Origin: Gnetum montanum | Lineage: Eukaryota; Plantae; Gnetophyta | Length of the DNA: 64,000 bases | Reading direction: 5' to 3' | Assembly: GCA_015680685.1 (NCBI GenBank) | Contig: MNCI01003127.1 | Location: 326,493 to 390,492 of the forward strand | Shown: piece after piece, positions 13,361-25,156 of the stretch | Layout: the number at the start of each line of letters is the position of its first letter | Position numbering within the stretch: the first letter of the stretch is position 1 | Program-made: the position numbers and the translations under genes | Notes under the pieces: generated by a model | What the model was told of the DNA's origin: nothing | The model's database searches: none | The model's input: only the letters and a program-made list of their open reading frames with translations

Positions 13361-15267
13361 CCCCAGTTTCTTTGTCTTTTTTGTTTTACACATTTTTATT
13401 TTATACATTCTTCATCTTTACTTATTTTTGTTTTACACCATCATTAACATTTATTACTATTTCTTCCTCTATTACATTTTGTTTGAATTACTTTCACTCG
13501 TTGTATAATAAGTGCTCGTGATGGTGGATTGTACTATAATGGTGTTGATTACTAATGTTTGGTTTTCACCTTTGACTTTTAATGTTGATGCTAAGATATG
13601 ATTTCTTTTGATAAAATAGTTAATGAGTTCACATCATCCATTCATCCATACAACTCCATGATATCCCTTTGTTTTGGAAATGTACTGTCCTTTTTTCTAA
13701 GCAAACTTATTAATGAATTGGTGGCTTGGTATTCTTCAAACCAAGGAAAGATACAAATGGATTGAAAAGGGTGTGACTTCAAGGGGATTCGATATATTTG
13801 TGTTGGCTATTCTCTTAGGTACTTAAATGTTTTTCATAGGTTTTCCGCCATTCCGCTATTGACCAATATCAGGAAGTTGACTAAATCAAATAAGTCTTTG
13901 CATGGTGTGGTTTTCACTAAAAAAAAAAATAAAAATAAAAATTGGTGGAAATTCAAAGCACACCCCTTAGACATAATAAAGAAACATGGGCTACAAGCAC
14001 GGGTTATGGCACTGGAAAAACATGTTACCCATGCTTGAAGGTTTCCTCTAACTACGACCCTTCCTCACTTTTTGTTTTTCTATTATTCTTCTTTTGGGAT
14101 GGTGGTTGCGTTGTGAAAGCATTCTCGTTGCTTCAGGAGGATGGGTTGATCAAGTGTGTTGATGCGAGGTCACTGGATGTAGTTAGTTTTAATCTAGATT
14201 TGGGCCGAATTTTATTAAGTCACCTTAATCACATACTACACAAGGGACTTTACACAACCTTGATTTTGGGATTCTCTTCCATTCCATTCTCTTTTTTTGT
14301 ATTGCTTTCCATATTCCACCTCATTGTCGATTTTATGATTCGTTTATATCTTGGTTGACACATTGTTATTCTTTGGTAAATTCTTGTGGGTAAGTTCTTA
14401 ACCATTGTTTCCATATGACATTTCTAGAGCCTACAGACTCTTTGGTTTGTGGGTTTGTCAGGGCATCAGGGGCATGAGCCTGCTTTGGGGAGGACCCATT
14501 AGCATTCCTTTTTGGTGCAATTGTTAAGTTCTTTCCCTTAAACATTTCTTGCAATCAACTATTTCTTGTTTCACCCCATCCATGACATTTGTTTTTATTT
14601 TTGTTTTATTGCCTTCACCATTGTTATTTCTCTCATCTTTCTTGTTCTTTTGTTTTCCACCCTATTGCTATTGGAGGTTTGCTCTTAGTCATGGGGGCCT
14701 ATTGAAAATTTTTCCATTTCATTACTTATCTCACCCCTATACCTTGTGTAGTTATCAGTTGCAAACCTCTAACCCAGTATCTGCCATACCGACAACCTAG
14801 CTAATGTGCTTCATATCGAGGCAAGGTATCAATTATATTATACCTTATCTAACCTCACTAATTTGTGATCATGTTGTGTGTGCAAATGGCAATCACATGA
14901 TCAATGGATTGGGATAGAAGGGAGCACTCAGGATGGACTAGAGCAAAAAGCATTTACGTAGGGAACAAGTTTGATCATGTGGCCATGGACCACATGGATG
15001 AACAACAGTGTGCACCTTTTTAACATCGGCAACAATGCACCTCATTTTCTTTTCTCTCTCTCTTCAAGTTGTCAAATGAGGATCTAGATGTCATTTATGT
15101 ACAGTGTTCACCACAATGGTTATGAACACTAATGCTATAATATGTTTGTTGATTCATTCATTGGGCACTTTGGGTTTGTTATTCCATGTTACCATCAGTT
15201 GTCGTTCAGTCAATAATCCTATACCTTCCCAATATTTTGTAAAGAACTCAAGGACGAGTTTTTATTC

Positions 15268-15280
15268 AGTTGTGGGGGTA
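15268..15280 (+). promoter_or_regulatory. Polypurine tract of the Athila element
   Basis: AGTTGTGGGGGTA directly before the TGATGAG LTR start; the equivalent motif precedes the LTR at 57510. Confidence 0.75.
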
Positions 15281-16142
15281 TGATGAGTCGCGATATCGGA
15301 TCCCCGATATTGGACCCACGATATCGGACCCTTGATATTGGGTATGTGATATCAGAGGTGCCAAAGCAATATCAGACATGCGATATTGGAGCTTGTCTTA
15401 TCACCTATAAATAAGAGATGAGGACACTTGATTTTGTAGCTAGTTTCTTAGTCCCTTAGTTGAACTTTTGCAGTTTTTCCTTTCCAGAGTTAGAATTATT
15501 TCTGAGTGTCCACAACAGGAGTCATAAAGTGAACAAATCTTTATTCAAGCATTATGTACCTAAGCACACCCTTTGTCTGGAAATAAAGATGAACTTTGTG
15601 ATAAACCTTACAACATTCAGAATAGCTTAATTATTTTATTTAAATGTTATTTACTGTTACTCGCTACTCTCATTAGTTAATTAATGTTATTTTATTGAAT
15701 TGTTAATTATCAATGAATTAGCACACTCAGTACGACCACTTCGAGCATACGTGGAACACTTGGTAACCTAGTAACGACTAGCATTTGGTAACCCAGTTGT
15801 GTTACATTGGTTTAGGATGTGTTCGACAAGTGGGAACGGATGCTGGTGTTAGGACTAGTTAGAGAATAGTTAGCTAGTTAAATCAAATTAATTATTAAAT
15901 TATTTCATTTCTCCACTTTAAGCACAAGGAACATAAAACATAAAAAAGCATAAAAATCATATACCTCAAGTTTACTTAACCATACAATTGTGCTTTACAA
16001 GTAAGCTTGGGAAGACAATGATCACATAATCCATCCTTATTCTATGTAAGCGCATAAATACTTAATCCTTGGAGTTTAACTAGATCGCGCGTAAATGCTC
16101 ATATTTGTATGGTTGGGCATAGGGGTACCTCACCGCTCATCA
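15281..16142 (+). repeat. Athila 3' LTR
   Basis: TGATGAG...CTCATCA; collinear with 949-1743. Confidence 0.92.
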
Positions 16143-18967
16143 GTTGGTGACTAAGAAAATGCTTGAATGTGTTTAATCAAGGTGTTTATTAGTCCTTCTT
16201 CTTGGTCCTAACTAAGTAGAGCATTGGTAAGAAAAATTTTGACATGCTTAGCATATATATACATTAAATGAGAGGGTAAGTCTTTAAGTTACTTATGCAC
16301 TTGCTTATCATTAACAAGGTAAGTAAATATCTTCATCTCAAATGATTCCTTACCATTTAAAATATTCTTCATTTGAGAGCACAATACCTCACAATTTGGA
16401 TCTAAAAAGGAACTTTTGTATTTCTCCAACTTCAACACCTAAAATGCTTCATCCTAATCATAAAATTCGAAAGAAACATGATTAGTAATAGATGCATTTT
16501 TACCATATTAAGTTCATAAAATTTGAAATGATCATATAAATTATACAAATTGATAGAAAAACTCATATCAAATATAGTTAAAGTCATCAATCCCATATTC
16601 GTATAAATTAGAAAACCCCTAGTAACAAGAATTGATTGGTCTAAATCAAAGAATATACATATTTAAATTAGAATTATAATAGTCCAACATAATAAAATCA
16701 ATTAGATACAGTGCCCTATCAACCTAGACCAAGATCTCGTTCACCAGGTTCTTAGAGTAAATAGAATATTCATCAATCAAGAAAATAGTAACATTTGTTG
16801 GTTTAATGTACTCTTTAACATGCTATTGTTATACTACCTAGATCCTTTACTTTTTGTAGCATATAAACTTTTAAAATATTTGTCATATTTTTAGCAACAC
16901 TAACATGTTTAGGAATCTTAATCTTTTTCTTTACAAAGCATAATTCTTTTAAATACTTGACATATTGATGAGTATCCTTAATAGTCCTAAAGAAAGAAAC
17001 ATTTAAACTTACATCTTTAAATAATTCTTCTAGTTGTTTATCTTATACTAAATCATTATACTCTAATCTATGAGGAAAAGTGAGTTTTAAAGAAAAGGAT
17101 GTTGAAGAATCTTTTGAATTAATTGTTGTAAAGGGCTCTTCCTCATAGATAGTTTTATTACAAAAATTCTCTCAAATTCCTCCTTAGGCCTCATCTAATC
17201 CATAGATATAGCTTTAGAATCTGTAACACCCTCCTTCCCATATCTTAGGTTAGAGAGCATTAGACTGGGTAGAAAGCCTAATGAAGTGATCAATCATGGT
17301 AAGAGATGCAAATTAATGAACTACATAGTGAAAGGAATAGGGAACTTAGCATGAATCCATGATCCCAAAGAGAAGAGAAGAAAATACTAATAGTGGAAGA
17401 AAGAAATACAAGAATATAAAATGGTACAAGAATAAAAATTCTGGAAAAGAATAGGATAACATAAATTACAAAACTAAATTCAATAATATATATGAATACC
17501 ATATTTTCACAACTCTAAAACATATATGATTCATAAACCTAAAACACCACTAGAATTTGCATGTTGTAACCCTTTTTCATCATGTAGCCTTTGCCCTAAG
17601 AAAATCAAGGCAAAACTTGATTGTAAATATGAAGATTGTAATCCATGAGGGGTAATCTCACTTATTTTATGCTTTTGGGGCTAAAAAATGCCTCAGAAGT
17701 GGTCAATGCCTCATCCCCTAAGTGAAAAAGGTCATGTAATGTCTATATTTGGGTTTTGGGTGGGGGGACAGGCGAGCGTGGGGGGTGTGTGGTGGTTGGG
17801 TATAGTAGTTTCTATGCTAGAAATGCATGCATGGGGATGTAGTTCACCTACCCCATCGTGGAGGGGTAGATCTCATGTACTCCTGGCATGGAAGATGTGG
17901 CATTCATCATGCACAGTAGGGAGGAGGGTTTGATCTTCCCTTCACTATGGAAGACCTACTTGCATTGTGGATGCATGGGGGTGTAACTCACCTACCACAA
18001 GTGAGGAGGGGTAGATCTCACCTATCCCCAATGTGGAGGGGTATGGGTTACCTACCCTTAGCATGGAGGAGTCAACCCCAACATGGAGGGATGTAGGGGG
18101 TAGATCTCAGCTACCCCCAACATAGAGGGAGGGTAATGCTCAATGTAGAGGGGTATGACCTTCATCCCCAACGTTGATCCTTCATCCTCCCAATGTTGAC
18201 ACCTCCCTCCTAGCGTAGAACTAGTATGACCATGATTTCAACATTGCATTAACTCCTGTAAGGCTCTTGCAATGCTAGTGTAGAAGGTTAAAGGCCCAGC
18301 ATGGAAGAATAAAGCCAACATGGAAGGTATCCCCCATTACTATTTTTAGTAAGCAGAATGGCCATGGAGGTATGACACTTACTATATATGGTAACCCCCA
18401 AAATTTTGGCACCTACCCCACTTGAAATGTAACAAAAATTTGCAGCCAATTTGCAATAGTTTTGTAGCCTAGTTTGCACCAAAAATTAAAGCCAAAACCT
18501 ATATAAACCAAGCCCAAACATCATTTTTAGGTTGGACCCCCTTGGTATTGGCATACTTTTGCATTTTTGGCATTTAAGAGCTCTTGCAAACTTGCAAAAA
18601 CATAGCTTCTTAGATTTGTTTAGCGTGGAACCCCTGTAATCATTATTACCTCCATTACCCCCTTGGGATTTGTGAGCTTTGGGCATCAACATTGCCTCCC
18701 TAGGATCCCCAAATCCCAGTGTAGAGAATCTTGATAACTCGAATCTTTCACATTTCTCAACCTTAATAGTAACCAACATTACAGATCTGGAGTGGTGGCA
18801 AAGAAGGTTCAATAGCATTGGAAGTGGCAAAGATACCAAATTGTGGAGTTGATTGTGGCTTTAATGGGCTCTAAACCCCCACCCAAGTGAACCCCCCTTG
18901 CCCTACACAAATTTTGTACACATCTTTGAACTCATTATTTATTTATTTATTTATTTATGTTTATAGT

Positions 18968-19541
18968 TTTCACATCCCCATTTCCAAATGATGTTGTTGC
19001 ATAACGAAGATGGTGCCTCTTCATAACAAGTGTTATTTTTATCTTAACAAGACCTGAAAGGGTAGTTATAATTGAGACTCGAAAGCATGCATTGTAATAA
19101 CATATGTTTCTCTTGAGGTAACCTTTGGGGATTTGACTTAAGACATTTATACCTAGGCTTAAAGGTCATGCCAACATGAAGTGGTAGAGCCAGTACAAGC
19201 AAGTCACGAGAGCTGGGTAAAGTAGGACAGGAAGTGGACTGGCCATCCCTTTTGGCTTGGTTATTCACCTAACCATGGTGGCAGTGTTGGATTACCTCTA
19301 AAGGATAGATGTCAAAGAAAAAAAACCCCAAGAAACACTCTTAGAGCATGATCTGGATATGCTATTCCATATTAAGAAAGCATCTTTTTCGTTCTCTTTT
19401 TGCACTTGCTTTGTTATTCTCTTTACACATAATGTCAAATGTTATATATATTTTGCATTTGATATATTATCTTCTTATGCATAATGTCTAATATAGAATA
19501 TATTTTATGTTTTCCATGACATCTAGGAATGGGGTGTCATA
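18968..19541 (+). repeat. 5' LTR of the CCR4-carrying element
   Basis: 574 bp, collinear with 23284-23855; ends GGTGTCATA (decayed TGTCACA). Confidence 0.92.
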
Positions 19542-19543
19542 AT

Positions 19544-19555
19544 TGGTATCAGAGC
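19544..19555 (+). promoter_or_regulatory. Primer-binding site for tRNA-iMet
   Basis: Perfect TGGTATCAGAGC 2 nt after the LTR. Confidence 0.93.
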
Positions 19556-20201
19556 AAACCATAACCCAAGGGTCATTTAGAACCATGGGTTGACAACAAC
19601 ATGAACTTAATGATGAACTATGAAGTCACAACATAGGGAAAGCCTTTGATCATCATTGGATGTACCATATCTTTGTGATTTAAGTTAAAAGATACCTTTT
19701 TATTGATTTCATGAATAATGGATCAGGCATCTACAAAAGACATAGATCCCAGCAACCAACAAAATTCTTTTATGAATATCATTAACTAATGAAGATCTTA
19801 TCACACCTCATCAAGATTCATCAATTACAAGAGATGTTGGTAAAGATAATAGTACACTGGTCTAGGTAAAAATTACCCATCTTAATACTATAAATATTAA
19901 TTAATTAAGGTCATTGTTAAATTTCTTCCAAAAAAGTTAGTAACCATGACCTAAATTGATCTTGTTTTTTTGAAACTTATTATCCTAAGTAACTCAGAGT
20001 CATTTATAAGTCATCATGTCTTTCATATATCAACTTGGTAATGTCATTTTTGTAGAATAAGCTAGTTGGACCTTTCAAAATATCTCCCATGTTCTACTTA
20101 TCGCTGCCTTGCCATGTTTGTTTCCTACCATTGCGTGTTGCCTGCTCTTGCAAATCACCATCACAGCATGCTGCAAACCCCTATGCCCTGCAACTATCGT
20201 A

Positions 20202-20470
20202 GATCATCACCTCCCATGCCATAGATCATCACCTCTCATGCCACAAATCATCACCTCCCATGCCACTGATCATTACCTTTCATGCTACAAATCATCGCTT
20301 GCCATGCTACTGATCATGACCTTCCATGCCACAGATCATTGCCTCCCATGCTGCCAATCATTGTCTCCCATGCCACAAATCATCACCTTTCCTATTGCTG
20401 ATCATTGCCTCTCCTAGTATTATCAATCATCACCTCTCCTGACATCATCAATCATTGCCTCTTTTAGTAG
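20202..20470. repeat. ~22-bp tandem array (about 12 copies)
   Basis: Unit (G/A)ATCATCACCTCCCATGCCACA with transition-type variants. Confidence 0.85.
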
Positions 20471-20548
20471 GATGCATCATGCCAACCTTGTTCAACCATG
20501 CACACCAATAGAAGCCATCCAAGTCTTGTGAGGGCCATGTGAGCTAGT

Positions 20549-20720
20549 GATGGGCTGCATGGGCCCTAGAAATGGTAGTGCTAGCCTAGTGATGGATTAT
20601 GTAGGCCTAATGAAGGACCATGTAGACCTTGATATGGGTTGCGTGGACCCTGAAATGGGCTCTGTAGGCCTAATGAAGGGTTGCATGGACCCTAAAATAG
20701 GCTATGCAGGTCCTAGGGAG
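20549..20720. repeat. ~21-bp degenerate tandem array
   Basis: Units such as AATGGGCTCTGTAGGCCTAAT and GAAGGGTTGCATGGACCCTAA. Confidence 0.7.
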
Positions 20721-21022
20721 GCCCTAGAAAATGGCTGTGCCACCTAGCGCTACCTTCACTAGCCTTGCATCACCACCAATGATAGGAAACACCACACTAT
20801 CATTGCCTCTAGACGTGCTTAGCTTGGTTGTCAATGTCATTAGTAGACTCCCCAAACTCTGCCACCAGTGTGCCACTATAGCCATTATCGCCATCGTCCC
20901 TGCTGCTGCACATGAATTAATGAAAAATTAAAAATTCCTGTTATCAAACCATTAATTTAAATTAGGAATGTGCAAAAGTATTTTCAAAATTCAAATTTGA
21001 CGCCTTGGTAACAATGGGGATA

Positions 21023-21100
21023 AAAACTTCATCATTAAGTGTGCTCAATCTGGAGTAGAATTGGGATGGATGATCTCTCAGAAAGTCTCATTTTTTGCAC
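21023..21100 (+). promoter_or_regulatory. 5S rRNA-derived segment (Pol III type-1 internal control region: box A, IE, box C), decayed
   Basis: AAAACTTCATCATTAAGTGTGCTCAATCTGGAGTAGAATTGGGATGGATGATCTCTCAGAAAGTC aligns without gaps to remembered plant 5S AGAACTCCGCAGTTAAGCGTGCTTGGGCGAGAGTAGTACTAGGATGGGTGACCTCCTGGGAAGTC, with mostly transitions. Confidence 0.75.
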
Positions 21101-21748
21101 TAAAGGCCTTTAACCTCAAAAGCCATAACTTTTGATTTCAGCCTTTTTTAATGAACAAAGAGTTGTTTCCTATAAATTTCAACCTTTCAAACCCAATGGT
21201 AAAGTCAAATCTATCTTAGGGAATCTCAAAAACTAGTTTTTACCCCTTGCCTGATATAGTGCATGGAGACCCTCAAAGTTTAATTTCAGCATAACTTGAG
21301 CATACAATGTTCTTTTTCAACATATGAATAGTCATCCCCAATATTTTTTCCTTTTCTGAACTCAATGGTGAGGTTATATTTTTCATCTAGATACCTAATA
21401 ATTTGTTGATATCATAAATTGTGCCTAATGTATTTAACCTTTTTGGGACCTTAAGATCACTATGGCATGTTATTAGTTACAGTGCCAGTGCCAGAGTTAG
21501 TATTCTTAAGGGAGGTGAAAAGGCTATTAATAATTAGATAATATAGTTAAATATTACTAAAAAGTAGGTAATGTAATTATATATTACTAAAATTAGATAA
21601 TGTAGTTATTTAGTTGATGTAGTTGATTATCATTCGATGAATTAGTTAATGATCAGTTAATGTATTAGTTAAGAAAATAGAACGATCTTCAACAGTTAAG
21701 AAAAGGCATATTAATTCGTTTTGCAATCAAAACATATGACATAACAAA

Positions 21749-22820
21749 ATGGAGACTCAAAATCTCATTTCCACAAGGTGTGTGATACCTGTAAAGAGTG
21801 ATGATCTAGAGGAGAATACAAAAATGAGAATGAAAGTTGCAACATACAACGTGCTTGCAACATCCTTATAGAGTCAAAAACAACATCCGTTATGTTCTCC
21901 ATTGGCCTAGGATTGGCACGAATATCGATACCCATGCATCGTAGGAGATACAAAGGCATTTATAAGCAAAAAGATTCTTATGAAAGTTCTTGTTTTGAGC
22001 TATATAGATTAGCCTATTGCAGAAATCACAACATGGATGGGTGCACAATCTTTTATAAAGAAGTCAAGTTTGAATTAGTACAAAGATTTGAATGGAATTT
22101 AGAAAATATGATTTTTGAAATTCTAGAAGTTCAAACCTTGGAAAGGAAAGAACAATTAAGATTTTAGAAAAATCACATAGCCTTGGCAGTAATTCTAAAA
22201 ATTGAGTTATCAAGAAGATGTGTGTGCATGATTAACACACATTTAATTGCCAAACTAGCATGTTTAAATGTTAGATTATGTTAAGGAGAATATTTGATTA
22301 AGCAAATAGAGAAAGTTTGAAGAATAAGTTATTCCTAAGTTATATGGATCCAATGCAATTTTTTCTTTGTGGAGACTTCAATGCAAAAGTTGGAAGTAGT
22401 GCTTATTAATTCTTAAAATATGGATGTGTAAAGGAATCTTTGGAAAATGAACCTAATTTGCAGAAGATGTTTCCATAAATTTAACATATAATTCCATTGT
22501 CTAGTCCATATTCTTCTTACTTTGAATCTTTAGTAGATAAATTAGATCACAAAATTCAAGAATAGATGATGTTGATGGATAATGTTTATCAAGAACCATA
22601 GTTTACCAATTACTCTGCTGTGACTAATGAGGATGGATCAACAACTTTCTTCATTGAGACCTTGGATTATATTTGGTATGACGACCAATTCTTCCAAGTT
22701 ACCAAGTTATTAGAGTTAATTTCTAAAGAATAAGTTGAGAAGAGTCAAGATCAAGCCTTGCCATCTCGAAGAAGACCATTCGATCACATACCACTTACAA
22801 TTACTTCCATAAGCTCATAA
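21749..22820 (+). pseudogene. CCR4: Intronless CCR4-like EEP-family deadenylase domain, decayed
   Basis: In order: VATYNVLA, HPLCSPLA*DW, YKGIYKQK, DGCTIFY, KNHIALAVIL, VCMINTHL, FLCGDFN, PLSSPYSSY, EP*FTNY, ETLDYIWY, LLELI, ALPS...PFDHIPL, stop at 22818-22820. These parallel plant CCR4a/b motifs SYNIL, DGCATFF, KDNIALIVVL, CVANTH, VCGDFN, PLVSAYSSF, EPLFTN, DYIFY, ALPSPEWSSDHIAL. Confidence 0.88.
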
Positions 22821-23270
22821 GGTTGATTAAGATCAAGAAGTATCTCACTCTTACTTTTATTAATAAATCTTATTATCTTATTCATTATTTAATTCATATT
22901 TTAATTAGATAAGTAAAATATCTAAGGTAATGAAAAATTGGGAATAAAGAATTTGCCTTGCCTTCACTTTGGTAACTAGATATGAGTTGCACTTTGTGTG
23001 ACCTTGGTTAGGGCTGGTGATTGATGGTTGGTAGATCTTTAATTCACCTCTTATCACTATCTTAGAAAATAAAGTAAGTATTAATAAAGCAATATTTAAT
23101 TTTCCATATATTTTTCTCATATATATATATATATATTGTTTCCAAAATAAGCAAGAAACAACTTCAAGTTCAAAGGAGAAATCAAATTATTAGAGCACAG
23201 GATCATAATAGAAGCATTAGAGCTAGAAAAATACAGTGAACATGGATTCATTCGAGGATGAACGAAACCT

Positions 23271-23282
23271 AAGGGAGGTAGA
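23271..23282 (+). promoter_or_regulatory. Polypurine tract of the CCR4-carrying element
   Basis: TTCGAGGATGAACGAAACCT-AAGGGAGGTAGA directly before the 3' LTR, in the style of chromovirus 3' ends. Confidence 0.8.
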
Positions 23283-23283
23283 T

Positions 23284-23855
23284 TACCACATCTCCATTAC
23301 CAAATGATGTTGCTGCATAACGAAGATGGTGCCTCTTCATAACAAGTGTCATTGTTATCTTAACAAGACTTGAAAGGGCAGTTATAATTAAGAGTTGAAA
23401 GGGTACATTGTAATAATGGACATGTCCCTTGAGGTAATCTTTGGGGGTTTGACCTAAGGCATTTATACCTAGGCTTAGAGGTCATGCCAACATGGAGTGG
23501 TGCAGCTAGTATAGGCTAGTCACAGGCACTAGGTGAAGTGGGATAGGAAGTGGATTGGCCATCCATTCTAGCTAGGTTATAAGCCTAACCATAGTGGTAG
23601 TGCTGGATTGCCTCTAAAGGATAGATGCCAAAGGAAGAAAATCCCAAGGAACACTCTCAGAGCATGATCCAGATATGCTCTTCCATATTAATAAAGCATT
23701 CTTTTCTCTCTTTTTGCACTTTCTTTGTTATTTTCTTTGCACATAATGTCAAATATTACATATATTTTAGATTTGGTATATTATCTTATTATGCATAATG
23801 TCTAATATAATGTATATTTGACGTTTGTCATGACATCTGGGAACAAGATGTCACA
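23284..23855 (+). repeat. 3' LTR of the CCR4-carrying element
   Basis: 572 bp, ends AGATGTCACA, followed by TSD ATAGT. Confidence 0.92.
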
Positions 23856-24101
23856 ATAGTATCATTTTGTGTATAATTTTAGATTTAATTACTATATTTT
23901 CAGTGCATTATTTTATAGATCTACATCTCTTTACTTCATTACCCCCATTTTTCATTCCTTTAAGTCTCGGTTGATCTATCGGACCATCTAGGGCATCTTG
24001 AATTCCATTTTTTCAGAGGCCCTGGGGATTTAGGGTTGAGGCTATTCTAGTTGAGATTTATGGCTTTCCAATAGTTGAAATTTTCAATCACTATAGTTTC
24101 T

Positions 24102-24118
24102 TGGTGCTAGAAGGAGGG
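24102..24118 (+). promoter_or_regulatory. Primer-binding site, tRNA-Asn type
   Basis: TGGTGCTAGAAGGAGGG is a CpG-decayed TGGCGCTAGAAGGAGGG, complementary to the remembered 3' end of plant tRNA-Asn(GUU); located just after the LTR end at 24095. Confidence 0.8.
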
Positions 24119-25156
24119 CCTCTGCCCAAGTTGTGCATCCAAAACTTTTTCTAATTTTTTTTCCACAAAACCAATGCTGCAACACATCCTTCCTGCCACC
24201 AAAATCCATGTTAAGGTTGTAGGTAATTTGGGTATTAGAAAATTTCATAGCAGTTTCTAGAAATTTTAAAGCCAACATTGGTGTCCTATCAAAACCTCAT
24301 ACCCCTTCTCGTGAAAATTTCACAACAAACCCAACATGGGTGTTTGGGTTTTGGTAGAAAATTTGCAACAGTTGTTGGGAATTTTTCAACAAGGCCAATG
24401 TTGATACCTTGCCAAAACCAAGATAAAACATTTGGAAAAGCAACTAGATTTTTACTTTAATTTTTGGAAAAAACTTTGAAACTTCTCAAAAGGGTAACCC
24501 CGCTTCCCCCACAGCCCCCTAATGCTATGTGGGAGGGTGTAAGATTTTGGATCTTACCCTCCTTTATTTCCCCCTCTTCACCTTCAACATGGGTGTTACC
24601 CCCCCAATGTGGGTATTACAACTCCCTCAGCTAGGGTGTGTGTTATACCCCTCTTAGCTAAGGTGTTACTCCCATGGACCATCCAAATCCCTTGTTGTGA
24701 ATTTTTTCTAGTAGGGCAATGTGGCCACCTACTAAAAAACCTTACCTTTGCAAAAATAAAAGCTTCCACTTTGATTTTTCAACCAAAACCCAACTTTCTA
24801 AAAGTAAAACCCCTCCCACCAATGGTGCCAAGGAAGGTGTGAGATCTCATCATCTCATCCCCTTTCTTTTCCCTTTTCTTCCCCAACGTAGGTGTAGCTA
24901 GGAAGCCTAATGTGGGTGGGGTGGATACCATCACTTGACATATTTAGTAAGGGGGTATATTTCCTTTGGTAGCCACTTACTATATATAGTAAATAACATT
25001 TTTCAACCATTTTACCCCTTTTAGCATTTTAAGAATTCCACTTGCTTGAATTTCTTTTTCCTCTACTAATTTAACCTTCATCAAGTTATTTTTTTTCAAC
25101 ACCTTTTTACCGTGTCTTTCAGTTGATTAAGTGTGCTGTCCCTTAACTTGACAAAC

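Larger units (their letters stand above)
9668..16142 (+). mobile_element. 5'-truncated Athila-type Ty3/gypsy element
   Basis: Homology to the 51634 element begins at ~9668 (mid gag); PR, RT, RNase H and a partial integrase follow, then a ~1.9-kb 3' region, PPT and 3' LTR. No 5' LTR or PBS. Confidence 0.88.
18968..23855 (+). mobile_element. Non-autonomous LTR retroelement (LARD-like) carrying a CCR4-like deadenylase ORF
   Basis: Direct repeats 18968-19541 and 23284-23855; TSD ATAGT (18963-18967, 23856-23860); the sister Tat LTR shows the empty site ATAGTTTCATTTT near 33825; PBS and PPT present; no gag/pol motifs seen. Confidence 0.92.

Noticed and set aside
949-16142. One large Athila bounded by the LTRs at 949 and 15281, containing the LINE and gene fragments
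   Set aside because: The 949-1743 LTR has its own TTTAT TSD on both sides and no PBS follows it; the 15281 LTR is followed by GTTGG.
16143-17216. Possible very old minus-strand copia gag/protease, continuing at 50714-51020
   Set aside because: Only faint knuckle-like and gag-like traces; too decayed to support a call.
20109-20931. Repetitive ORFs of 66-102 aa in the CCR4 element leader
   Set aside because: By-products of the 22-bp and 21-bp arrays; the 22-bp period cycles through frames, arguing against coding.
21749-22820. Alternative reading as a LINE APE endonuclease or as the functional host CCR4 gene
   Set aside because: DGC..F, NTH, EP.FTN, LDYI.Y and LPS...DH motifs and the domain length fit CCR4, and no RT follows. 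It has many stops, no introns and lies between LTRs, so it is not the host gene.
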